From contig NC_047067.1 in assembly GCF_902459465.1 (NCBI RefSeq), positions 12,028,001 to 12,092,000 on the forward strand: a stretch of 64,000 nt of DNA, given 5' to 3'. Source of the DNA: Asterias rubens (lineage: Eukaryota). Below, in pieces: positions 26,207 through 36,127 of this stretch. Both the position numbers and the translations under genes were made by a program. Position 1 is the stretch's first letter. Every line of letters begins with the position of its first letter. The notes below the pieces were generated by a model. That model saw only the letters and a program-made list of their open reading frames with translations. It searched no databases and was not told where the DNA came from.

Positions 26207-27416
26207 AAGGCACTATACACTTTTGGATATTACTCAAAATAATAACACCTATTGTTAGCATCAAAACTTACTTGGTAATGAGAAACGGAGAGCTGTTGAT
26301 AAAATAAAACATTGTTAGAAATTGCTCCATCTGAAGTAATTTCACATTCAATTATTAAAAGACGTCAGGTCTGAAGCCTTTTTGAGCTAGCTAAAAGCAC
26401 GAACATTTTGTGCAACAATTGTGTTTTTATCTCTCATTATTCTCTTGCAACCTCGATGACCCATTGAGCCCAAATTCTCATAGATTTGTCATCTTGTGTG
26501 TATTATGTTGGGATACACCAAGTGAGGGTATACCTATAATGTATTTGATATGTTTACCAAAAGGTGTCCTGGGTTGGATTTCACATTAGGACTAGTCTTA
26601 TCTCAAGTTAGGACCAGTTACTCGTCCTAACTTAGGACTAGCCATACAATTTGTATATCTCCTAGGACTAGTCCTAAGTTAGGGCTAGTCCTAACTCTTT
26701 GTGAAATCTACCCCAGTGCCTTTAAAGCCATTATACACTTTCGGAACAGAAACATTAAATAAAAGAAGGTAATGGTGAAAGACTTCTCTTGAAATATTAT
26801 TCCATGAAATGCTTTACTTTTTAAAAACATTAATACAATTATCAATTCTCGTTATCGAGAATTACGGATTTATTTAAAACACATGTAATGACACGGCGAA
26901 ACGTGCGGAAACAGGAGTGGGTTTTCCCGTTATTTTCTCCCGACTCCGATGACCGATTGAGCCTAAATTTTCATAGGTTTGTTATGTTTTATATCCAAGT
27001 TGTGATACACGAAGTGTGGGCCTTTGGACAATACTGTGTACCGAAAATGTCCAGTTCCTTTAAAGGATTTGGATACCTTTTCAAAATGTCCACAGATTTA
27101 CATTAAACTTACAGTGTTTGAAGATAATGATAGTGGAAAGCTTCCCTTCAAATAATACTTACTGAGGTGCTGTAGTTTTTGAGAAATGAGTAAAACAATG
27201 TCATGAAAGTTTGTAAATGATTAAAATAATTTTCGTCTCGTGAGACGAATATTATCTTCATGACATTGTTTTACTCATTTCCCAAAAACTACAGCACCTC
27301 AGCACGTAATATTTTCAGGGAAGCTTTCTACTATCATTATCTTCAAACTGTGTAAGTTTAGTGTACATCTGTGGACATTGTGTTTTTTATCCTACAAAAG
27401 TTACATAGACCCTTTA
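26207..27416. mobile_element. Chain of TTAA MITEs (family A with nested family E, then family B, then a further palindromic MITE)
   Basis: Junctions CAGTGCCTTTAAAGCCATT (~26721) and CAGTTCCTTTAAAGGATTTGG (~27060) share a single TTAA. Confidence 0.8.
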
Positions 27417-28260
27417 AGCTGAGTCGACTAGTCCCAATGGAATCGAGACCATAATATCTTTCGTGTTAAGTCTTCTTGGGAGAACAATAATGCTAATCTA
27501 TGGTGAATTTCGTTTTTGGAAGGAATGAACAGAATAGTTTTGGGAATCAAATTGCTGATTAACTGCAAGTCATTGTCATCATCATGATCACAGGCGTCAA
27601 TTTGTCTCAGGGGAGGAGCGGGGTCCAGGGTGCCGCCTTTTTTTGGTTTTAGCTTGTCTCAATGGCGTAGTAGAAAAAACTTAATTGGTAAAACATATTT
27701 ACGTAACATTTTTATAAAACTGAGATTGGTTCAAACAAAGAAATTAACACGAAAGACAAGAACAAAAGCCCGACATACATGCACTCCTCTTTCTTCAAGG
27801 AATTCTTGAATTATTTGACATTTTATTCTTTGTTATCGATACTATTAAACAATTTAATTTGGCCATGCCAACCGGCGCACTTTGTTTTTCAACAACGAAA
27901 AGGTCTATTGACTCCAACCACTGGGTACCTACTTATATTGCTTACTCCACCATGGGCTCAATTTTATAAAGCTGTACATTTCTGTGTCAAGCAAAAATTG
28001 AGTGGAACACCAGTCATAAAATATGCTTTCATGCTACTTCGCTACGCTCATACGCATGAAAAACAGTTCAGTGTTAATGGACACGCCATAATAAAAGAAA
28101 TGGAGGCAATAGGATTTGATTCAAATTATTTATTTACAGCATGGGATAATGGTGGGATCACAAACACCGAGTCTTAAATTCCCTTTTTGAACTTCCAAAT
28201 TTAAGAAATACAGCACTGGATCATCTGATCCTCGTGTATCACTTCTGGTCATCTGACCAA

Positions 28261-28302
<42 letters not shown>

Positions 28303-28901
28303 CATTTAACTGGTCATCTGACCATGTCGGATCATTTGATCATCTAGCTCGTTCGTGCACAATTTCAATTAATCTTATTCAACTTAGTCGTTTCTGATCA
28401 TTCCTTGCAGAATCATTCCTTGCAGATGCAGAATCTCAATAAATTCGAATTAAGTACATCAACTCTCTTATAATTAGAACAAAAATTTCGTATAGATTCA
28501 AATTAAGTACATGTCAAACTCTCCTTAAGAACAAAATTCTCATATCTCAAATCTCTGGACGAGCCACCTGGCTGTTTCGTAATGTTAAATATAGTAATAG
28601 GAAAATTCTGATGCAAATCATTATACACAGCCAAATTACGTATATGCACAATTTCAACGAGTCAGACAATTTTCTTAACATAACAATATTTAAAACTCAA
28701 ATCTACAAGCCACTTAGTCGTTTCGGATCGTCTGCTCCTTAAATTATTAATGCAGAATTCCAATAAATTCAAATAATAAGTACACGTTTCAACTCTCTTA
28801 TAATAGAAAAAACTCGTCTGCTCCTTAAAACGTATCAACTCTCTTATAATAGAAAAACTCTCTTATTATACTGGACGGATCACCCGACCGTTATACAGTA
28901 A

Positions 28902-29933
28902 GCCTACTCTTTGAAGAGTTTCCCTGACATGTCTAGTCTTTGTTTGATATCCCATTTGACGTATCTGTTTTTAGCCTCAGTGGTCTTCCAGCGACCTTGT
29001 TGCATTATCAAAGCTTCAGGAACATGTTGGTTGGCTAGGTGGGAAGCCCCGCCTGCAGGCGGGGGATCTTAGGCTATGAAGGCCGTATACCTTTGGATCG
29101 GTTACGCCTATGCGCCTAAGGGCCTCAAAAAACAACTCTCTGCACCTAGTGTAACTTAAGGGTCTATCAGCGCCAATTTTGTACGTTTTTGTACTGGACA
29201 AAAATATAACAGGGGTGAACAGATATTTGTCTTGACCCAGATTGATCCCGGCAGCCTCTAAAAACCGGCGTAAAATCGCAACTGGTGAGTAGGTGTCCAG
29301 TGTGTCGCAAAGAAAAGCAGTACTACCATCCCTGAAAATGTCGGTTTTTGATTTTGGGATAAAGATTGAAATACCCTTATTGTTTGGCAATTCAGATAAG
29401 TGGGTAGCCTTCATACCTGCCATCTCATTGTGAGGAAAAAGGAGAGCATATTTGAGGGAGACATAGCAGGCAGATCTAAGATCTAAAAGCGAGGCATCAG
29501 GACCCGCGAAAAGGTCGACAATGGCTTTGACCTGGCTAAGGGAAATTGGCTGTTTTTGTGCGGGCGGATGATGTATAGTTCCCGCCTACCGCTGACTATC
29601 ACATGTTGAATGATGGGTGCATCAAGCGGGTTACTTTTGACATTAACCAATGAATGTAACCATCTCAATGAAGCAGCAGTAGAAATCAAAGCACTATCAG
29701 AGTTTGAATGTGATTTTATATGTGACAGGTAAATTGCTAACACTTGTTCAGAAAAGGGGAGCACCAGAGGAATACCTTGCAATTCTAACAAGGACAAAAA
29801 TTTACGACATTTATAGAAATAAGCCATAACCGTACCCTCGGATTTAGCAAAGATTACATCTAGCAGCATTATTTCTTTCTGGGCTTGGAAATTGAGGGGG
29901 AAATCGAGCCAAAATGGGTGGTTTCGGACTATC
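28902..29933 (-). pseudogene. Tyrosine recombinase of the retrotransposon (frameshifted)
   Basis: N-terminal SAM-like part (ORF 29483-29944), IFIPKSKTDIFRDG, YGLHSLRS and QQGRWKTTEAKNRYVKW. The first catalytic Arg position appears to read P (LLFPHNEM). Confidence 0.88.
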
Positions 29934-31181
29934 TGTATGCACAAAAAAAAAAAGAGAGAGGAAGAATTAAGAATGAAAATATGTGATACTCACACTGTAC
30001 AAGAGTGAGAAGGGATTAAACTGGAACAAAGTCTAGATATGCGGCTGCAACGCAGCCTATAGGGAGTTGTGATTTCTGCCATGTTTAAGTGCGAGATAAC
30101 CACCTTCAGTAATGAGGTCCTTGACCCAGGTATATGGTATTGGGACCATAGTAAGGGCCAGAAGGGTTGCGAAGGCCACCAGGGGAAAATTATTACGCCT
30201 TTACATTTGCAAAGATGCATGTGTTTAAGGGTGGATGCCACTAAGGCTACAGGGGGAACCAACAATGCATTTTCACCGTGCCAGTTCTGGGCAAAGGCGT
30301 CTACACCCGAAGAACCTGGGTTCCAAAAACGAGAATAAAATCGGGGCAGTTTAGCATTGTAAAAAGTAGCAAAGCAGTCAATTGTGAATGGACAGAAAGA
30401 CAGAAATCTGTAAGAACGACTGGAACGTTTTCATCAAAGGCGGCTGCGATTGTCATTTGACAGTGACGAGTCATTAATCTAGAAATACTACCACCAACGG
30501 GGGACAACGAAATAATTTGGCCTACGAATGAATGCAAATCTCTTATTGTGAGAGATGTATGTTGCTGTAGAAGAAAATCAATGGGGGCATGGATTTATTA
30601 ATCTTAACAATCCTACGATCAAGAATCTTAAGTGTGCCCTGTGCAGTGTCCCATCTCATACCTAACCAATCGATAGTATTTACAGGGCTCCAAATACTCT
30701 TAGAAATATTGTATACAAAACCTGCTTCTAAAAGATCAGAACGAATGTGGTTAGAGATGTTTAAGGCAATCTGGTTGTGTTTTGAAGATTCCTTTGGTCT
30801 AGGGATGACAATGAAACCATCATCCAAGTAGAGAGCTATTAAAACTCCACATGACCTCCAGTGGGTGACCAAAGGTTTCAGAGCTTTGGTAAATATGTAA
30901 GGAGCGGATTTGAGCCTGAAAGGCAAAACTGTAAATTCGAAATGTCTGACTACCCCGTTAATAGACCAAGAAAATCCCAGATAACATTGGGAGGCAGGGG
31001 CAATGTCAAAATGATGGTAGCCCGATTTTAAATCGAATGTAACCGTGAGAGCATTTTGTGACAGAAATTGAATACCCGATTTCCAGTCGTCCAAGTTAAA
31101 GCGCGTTTTTGGTATGAATTTGTTGAGAACGCTGAGATCAAGAATAAGTCTATTTTTCTTGGAAGCTGAGCATGAGACAGA

Positions 31182-31764
31182 TGTGGTGAAACGAATTTTG
31201 GTATACATCACACTTTTGTTGAATGATGTAACCAACTGAGGGCGCTCTTTCACTTTAACGGTGAGCGTGAGGATACATGTTGTAAGGTTGTGAAAAGGCC
31301 AGACTTTGGGGATTATTTTATTGTCAGAGGAATTTAGTCTCATTCTCATCGATACCGGTAGTATGTAAATTATTTGCAAATAATTATCTAAATATTTAGA
31401 ATGTGATAACCAACTTCCAGGTCTTTATGAGTAAGTTGAGTAACTTAATTAGGCTGGGGCGTATGAACATTAGCCGGGTTAAGGAACAGGGTTTACTTTT
31501 GGTCCCTTTTCTGTTTTGGTCGCCAAGTTGCCAGGAGTGTGGTCGGAGAGAAGCTCTTAAAAGTTGTTTTTAACAGAGAAATAAGATGACCAGATGACCA
31601 AATAATTGTTCTATAGAAGACAGATCGGTTGGTTTTTCTTTGGAATTGAATGGAGATGTAAATATATCATGATATGCTGAGGAGGGTGTGAGTTGAGCCT
31701 TCGCAACCCAAACAAGGTGTCAAGCCTGATTTATTTGTCTTCGGACTAAATTAAAAACACTACA
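31182..31764. mobile_element. Solo LTR (583 bp) inserted in the RT
   Basis: Starts TGTGGTG and ends CACTACA; 4-bp TSD CAGA at 31178-81 and 31765-68. Removing it restores in-frame SPLSVSC. Confidence 0.85.
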
Positions 31765-32094
31765 CAGATAAAGGACTGTTCACGATAAGGATGAGATTTT
31801 TCTGAAATACGGGAAGAAGCCAGTAAATCTAAAATGGAATCTGTTACAAATTTGGCCTCGCGTAAGGCCGACTTATTATTCCTGAAAAACATAGGAGGGG
31901 GTTCCTCTTCAAAAGGGATTACATAACCTTGCTCGATTATTGATAAAATCATGTCAGGGGAACCTATATCACGCCAGAATTGAACATGTTGTTTTAGTCT
32001 CCCTTTAACTGGTAAATTATCAGACTGTAAGGATGCCTTTTCAGGAAAACAATGTACCTTCAGAACGTCATCGAACTTATTGCGAATATTGTCT

Positions 32095-32381
32095 TTACTG
32101 TGCCTTTGGCAATGTTGAGGCGGTGCTGGTACTGGCGGTATCAAAAGACCCTGTCGGGGCATATCGCTGGTTGCCTGCTTGGGACAATGCTCTCTGGAAC
32201 TGGTAGGATGGGGCGTGCCATGATGGGAATGGAGGTCTCTGCCCGGTGAAAGGGACGGCTGGTGTGGGTCTTGCCTGATTTCGGTAACGTGAGTAGGTGT
32301 TGGAACCAAAGGAGTAGGGGCAATTTCTGGACCAATGGCCAGACATTCCACAGGAGAAGCACGACTCAAAAGACGGCATGC
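32095..32381 (-). pseudogene. gag: gag exon 2 with CCHC zinc knuckle, overlapping the pol frame
   Basis: Acceptor TTTTTTCAG|GC is phase-compatible with exon 1; CFSCGMSGHWSRNC. Confidence 0.75.
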
Positions 32382-32910
32382 CTGAAAAAACACAATTTTG
32401 AAAAAAGAGAGAAAGAAAAACGGCGACTGGAAATACAAAATAAAATATTTTATCAAATTAAACCCTTTGCCCGGGAGGGTGGGAGGGCACTAAGTCAGGT
32501 TTAAAGTATTATTGGCAAAGATAGATGATACTCGGTGTGTTTGTGAAATCACCTGAATGGGGAAGCTGAGAAAGCGCTTCATTTATATAGGGGTACGCTT
32601 GAATGAGTTAGACTATCAAACACAATGGTATGGGTGCATCTCTAACGCAAGGAAAGCATAAAATGCAAATTAGAGAGAAGGCCTATGGCGCGCCAAACAG
32701 ACAAAACTAAATTTTCATGCTACTTCGCTACGCTCATACGCATGAAAAACAGTTCAGTGTTAATGGACACGCCATAATAAAAGAAATGGAGGCAATAGGA
32801 TTTGATTCAAATTATTTATTTACAGCATGGGATAATGGTGGGATCACAAACGGCTTTTGAAAATTGACAAAGTATAATAGGTAGGGGTTTAACAAATCGC
32901 TTTACAATAC

Positions 32911-33439
32911 CTCGAAAAAGATGGCGATCAGGATGACCAAATGTGGGCCTGGAACCACTCTGCTGGTGTTGCGGAGCCTCATTCCGTCGCCGCTTGCGCG
33001 ACTCTATATCTTTCAAAGCAGCTTCCTCTGCGACGAGAACCTGTTCTGCTGTTCAGCAGTCAATTTGTCGACGTTGGTTTTGTCTAGATGTGACACGGTA
33101 CCCCAGCCGGCCTTGCTGGAATCGGCTATTCGAACTTTCTGCTTTCTTTCGGCAATCAGGGTCGTCCCTTCTTGTACGGCTTGTAGGGCTGCTTCGATGT
33201 TGATATCGACGGTCAAGGCAGATTGGATTTTGCAAAGCACAATCTCGAGTTGTCCGCAGAATTCGTACTGGGCGATATTGCCTGGTCTTGACAGATCTTT
33301 GGCTTCAAGTTTGAGTTTGAGTTCTTTCAGCGCCGTAGAGTCATTAGGTGTTTTGTTGATAGCGCTAAACTTAGCGTCGAAAGTCTTTAAACTTGTCAAA
33401 AATTTCGGCGGTTTGTACGTGGTCGCTTGAAGTAGACAT
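32911..33439 (-). pseudogene. gag: gag exon 1 of the YR retrotransposon (frameshifted)
   Basis: ATG at 33439 directly follows repeat A1. RPGNIAQYEFC...ERKQKVRIADSSKAGWGTV. Ends CGAG|GTATTG (phase 1). Confidence 0.75.
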
Positions 33440-34457
33440 GTCAGGTTTAAAGTATTATTGGCAAAGATAGATGATACTCGGTGTGTTTGTGAAATCACCT
33501 GAATGGGGAAGCTGAGAAAGCGCTTCATTTATATAGGGGTACGCTTGAATGAGTTAGACTATCAAACACAATGGTATGGGTTCATCTCTAACGCAAGGAA
33601 AGCATAAAATGCAAATTAGAGAGAAGGCCTATGGCGCGCCAAACAGACAAAACTAAATACACTTAATATAACTTTGGCTGGTGACCCGTTTTTTAAGCAG
33701 TTACTTTTCTACGCTTAGCAAACTTTTTTTGTGTGCTTACAGACTGTATGAAATTGGGTCATGGTCCGAATACGTGCGTGGTCATGATTTTTTTCCCCCA
33801 TCCCTCTCGCTCGAGTTAACTGAAATGATGTTGAGTTTTTCAAGACTCATGCAGTAGTTTATAGGAATCTTGGTTCATGATGCAAAATATATCCATAGTT
33901 TGTTATATTTGTACGTTATACAAAAAGTCCTTTTCGTTAATGTTGTCATTGAATAACAGATTATTCCAGGTTCAGGCGTGATAAGTCCATAGGGAGCAAT
34001 GAACGCCTCTCGTTAACGACTATCGGTAAATTGATGGTAATTTTTTTTATAGGACAAACAAAATATTTGTAAAGGCTTTTGAAAGATCATTAGGCTAATT
34101 ATTTTTCCCTATTCACAGTAGACTTGTATATTTGTTAATAGCAAAGAAATTAATCAGCTTGATTGAAATTATTGTTTCATTGTCATGATAATGTAACAGA
34201 CTAATTAGCAATTAATCAGTGTGAGCACTTGATGCACTTTCAGAACAATAGTGTGTTGTTGGTTGGGTTATTTCAGAGGCTGCATTTCTGCAATAATCGT
34301 TTATTTCTGAGTTTTTTTTTTTTTTTTTAAATATGTTTGACTTGTCATGTGGGTTCCTCGCTTATGGTGGGTTCGCAGTAAAATATTTATGGTAAACATC
34401 ACATCATATTAAAACTATATGAATTTCAGCAATCAACTAAAAGCCTGTGTTATCCCT

Positions 34458-34846
34458 TTAAAGGCAGTGGACACTGTTGGTAATTACTCAAAATAATTAT
34501 TAGCATAAAACCTTACTTGGTAACGAGTAATGGGGAGAGGTTGAAAGTATAAAACATTGTGAGAAACGGCTCCCTCTGAAGTGACATAGTTTTCGAGAAA
34601 GCAAAGAAGTAATTCTCCACGAATATGATTTCGAGACCTCAGATTAAGAATTTGAGGTATCGAAATCAACCATTTAAACGCACACAACTTCGAGTGTGAC
34701 AAGGTTTTTTTTCTTGCATTGTTATCTCGCAACTTCGACGACCAATTGAGCTCAAAATTTCACAGGTTTTTTGTGTGCATATGTTGAGATACCCCAAGTG
34801 AGAACACTGGTCTTTGACAATTACCAATAGTGTCAATTGTCTTTAA
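34458..34846. mobile_element. MITE family A
   Basis: TTAAAGGCAGTGGACAC...GTGTCAATTGTCTTTAA. Confidence 0.85.
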
Positions 34847-35374
34847 AACTCACGTCAATAGACCAGTAATGCTTTGACCTTGACCAAGGCAATGGATTTT
34901 TGTTTTTCATTAATTAATTTTTTTTGTTAAGTGTTAAGTTTTTTTCCGTTTTGCGCTAACCACACGTTTGGTTGCCCGACTTTCGTGCAGTCTTTGTATG
35001 CGTGCACAAGTGTCTGTTTACCCAGTGCGTGCGTGGTAAGAGATTTAACACTGCACTCTCTGTATGCGGACAGCACGAGTGCGGATGACCCGTGCGCAGT
35101 GTGGACAGTGCTAGTTAGTACTTCGTTAGAACTGCGACTGCCTTCAGCAATGCTAGTATATAAGGCTCGTAACACTGGATCATATAGATAGTTATATTCT
35201 GTTGAGAGTGCTGACACAGACATGTGAACTTTTGGAAAGTCTTCTTGCGCTGCATTCTTAGGTAGTATACATGCACATATAGGCCTACTGTATACATTGC
35301 TGAGACTGAATATTAGTCCTCAATTATAAAAGTCAAAACGAACATTTTCTTGTTTCAAACAAATAGAACCAGCC

Positions 35375-36127
35375 ATGAACTTCGTACGTCTTTTGGTGGC
35401 TGGGTGTCTGTCTGGGATGTTTGGCCAAGCGGTGGTCAGAGCGATTCGCGCCCTTGGCTGTCCCTATGGTTGGAACCAGCTTGGTCAGTCGTGCTACAAG
35501 ATGGTTTCTGCCGAACCACTCAACTGGCATGAAGCCCATCAGGCATGCCTTGATGCTGGAAGTGACCTGGCAGTACCACATTCAAAAACCAACAACGATT
35601 TAATTTGGAACTTACAGAAACACATTCTGAAGACCTTATATAAGAATAAAGGGGCGACCTCCCTTTGGTTGGGCTGCACTTATGGCAAAGAGGTCCCCGG
35701 ACAGTTGAAATGCTACAGCGATGGTCGGGACGGGTACCAGAACTGGGAAACGAACGAAGAACCCCAGAACGGCACATGCATATCCATCAAGAAGTCCAGT
35801 GGATATTGGGGGAACGCAAACTGTAATGAGGGAAAGCGTTTCCTGTGTGAGATAAAAAACATGCCGTGTCGTCTTCGCTGCTTCTCAGTCAACATGAAGA
35901 ACTCACCAGATCATCAAGAAGCCACACCCTACTGTCTGCGCGACCACACCTTCAAGGAAACCGAGATCCAAAACCCCATACAGTGCTGCCTGGCCTGCTC
36001 CAAGGATCCCAACTGCCACTCCTTCAACCTGTCTGGGAAGATGTGCCAACTCAACAATGTCACCATCTCCCAGGTTGATGCTGACAAGTACTTGAAGGAG
36101 AACTGCGTCTACTATGAATACGAGTGA
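35375..36127 (+). CDS. Secreted C-type lectin domain + PAN/apple domain protein, single coding exon, 250 aa
   Basis: Hydrophobic N-terminus; CPYGW..CY, WHEAHQAC, LWLG, YQNW, WGNANC..FLCE; then CLRDH...CCLACSKDPNCHSFN...CQLN. TATAAAA ~50 nt upstream. Confidence 0.93.
   Translation: MNFVRLLVAGCLSGMFGQAVVRAIRALGCPYGWNQLGQSCYKMVSAEPLNWHEAHQACLDAGSDLAVPHSKTNNDLIWNLQKHILKTLYKNKGATSLWLGCTYGKEVPGQLKCYSDGRDGYQNWETNEEPQNGTCISIKKSSGYWGNANCNEGKRFLCEIKNMPCRLRCFSVNMKNSPDHQEATPYCLRDHTFKETEIQNPIQCCLACSKDPNCHSFNLSGKMCQLNNVTISQVDADKYLKENCVYYEYE

Larger units (their letters stand above)
30000..32381 (-). pseudogene. pol: pol (RT + methyltransferase-like domain); RNase H core not found; interrupted by a solo LTR
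   Basis: PVKGRLKQHVQFW, SPLSV/SCSASKKNRLILDL, DLKSGYHH, YLDDG, then TIDCFATFYNAKLPRFYSRFWNPGSSGVDAFAQNW...VPP...WWPSQPFWP. Confidence 0.85.
28027..33658 (-). mobile_element. Tyrosine-recombinase retrotransposon, DIRS group, PAT-like, with split direct repeats (A-BA-B); both ends intact, coding regions decayed
   Basis: Encodes gag with a CCHC knuckle, RT (DLKSGYHH, YLDD), a methyltransferase-like domain and YR (KSKTD, HSLR, GRW, RYV). A repeats at 33440-33658 and 32494-32712; B repeats at 32713-32851 and 28027-28165. No TSD. Confidence 0.92.
27955..33760. mobile_element. Family D MITE split by the YR retrotransposon (halves 27955-28026 and 33659-33760)
   Basis: Joining the halves restores a family D copy; TSD ATG at 27952-27954 and 33761-33763. 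Confidence 0.8.

Noticed and set aside
27779-28177. 132-aa plus-strand ORF
   Set aside because: It crosses unique DNA, a MITE half and repeat B2; it is a chance frame.
32921-33430. 169-aa plus-strand ORF
   Set aside because: It is the antisense shadow of gag exon 1.
28027-33658. Classification as Ngaro or as inverted-repeat DIRS1
   Set aside because: A methyltransferase-like domain is present (reported absent from Ngaro), and the repeats are split direct repeats rather than ITR/ICR.
34927-35223. 98-aa minus and 86-aa plus ORFs in a GC-richer patch
   Set aside because: No recognisable domain or convincing splice sites; left unexplained.
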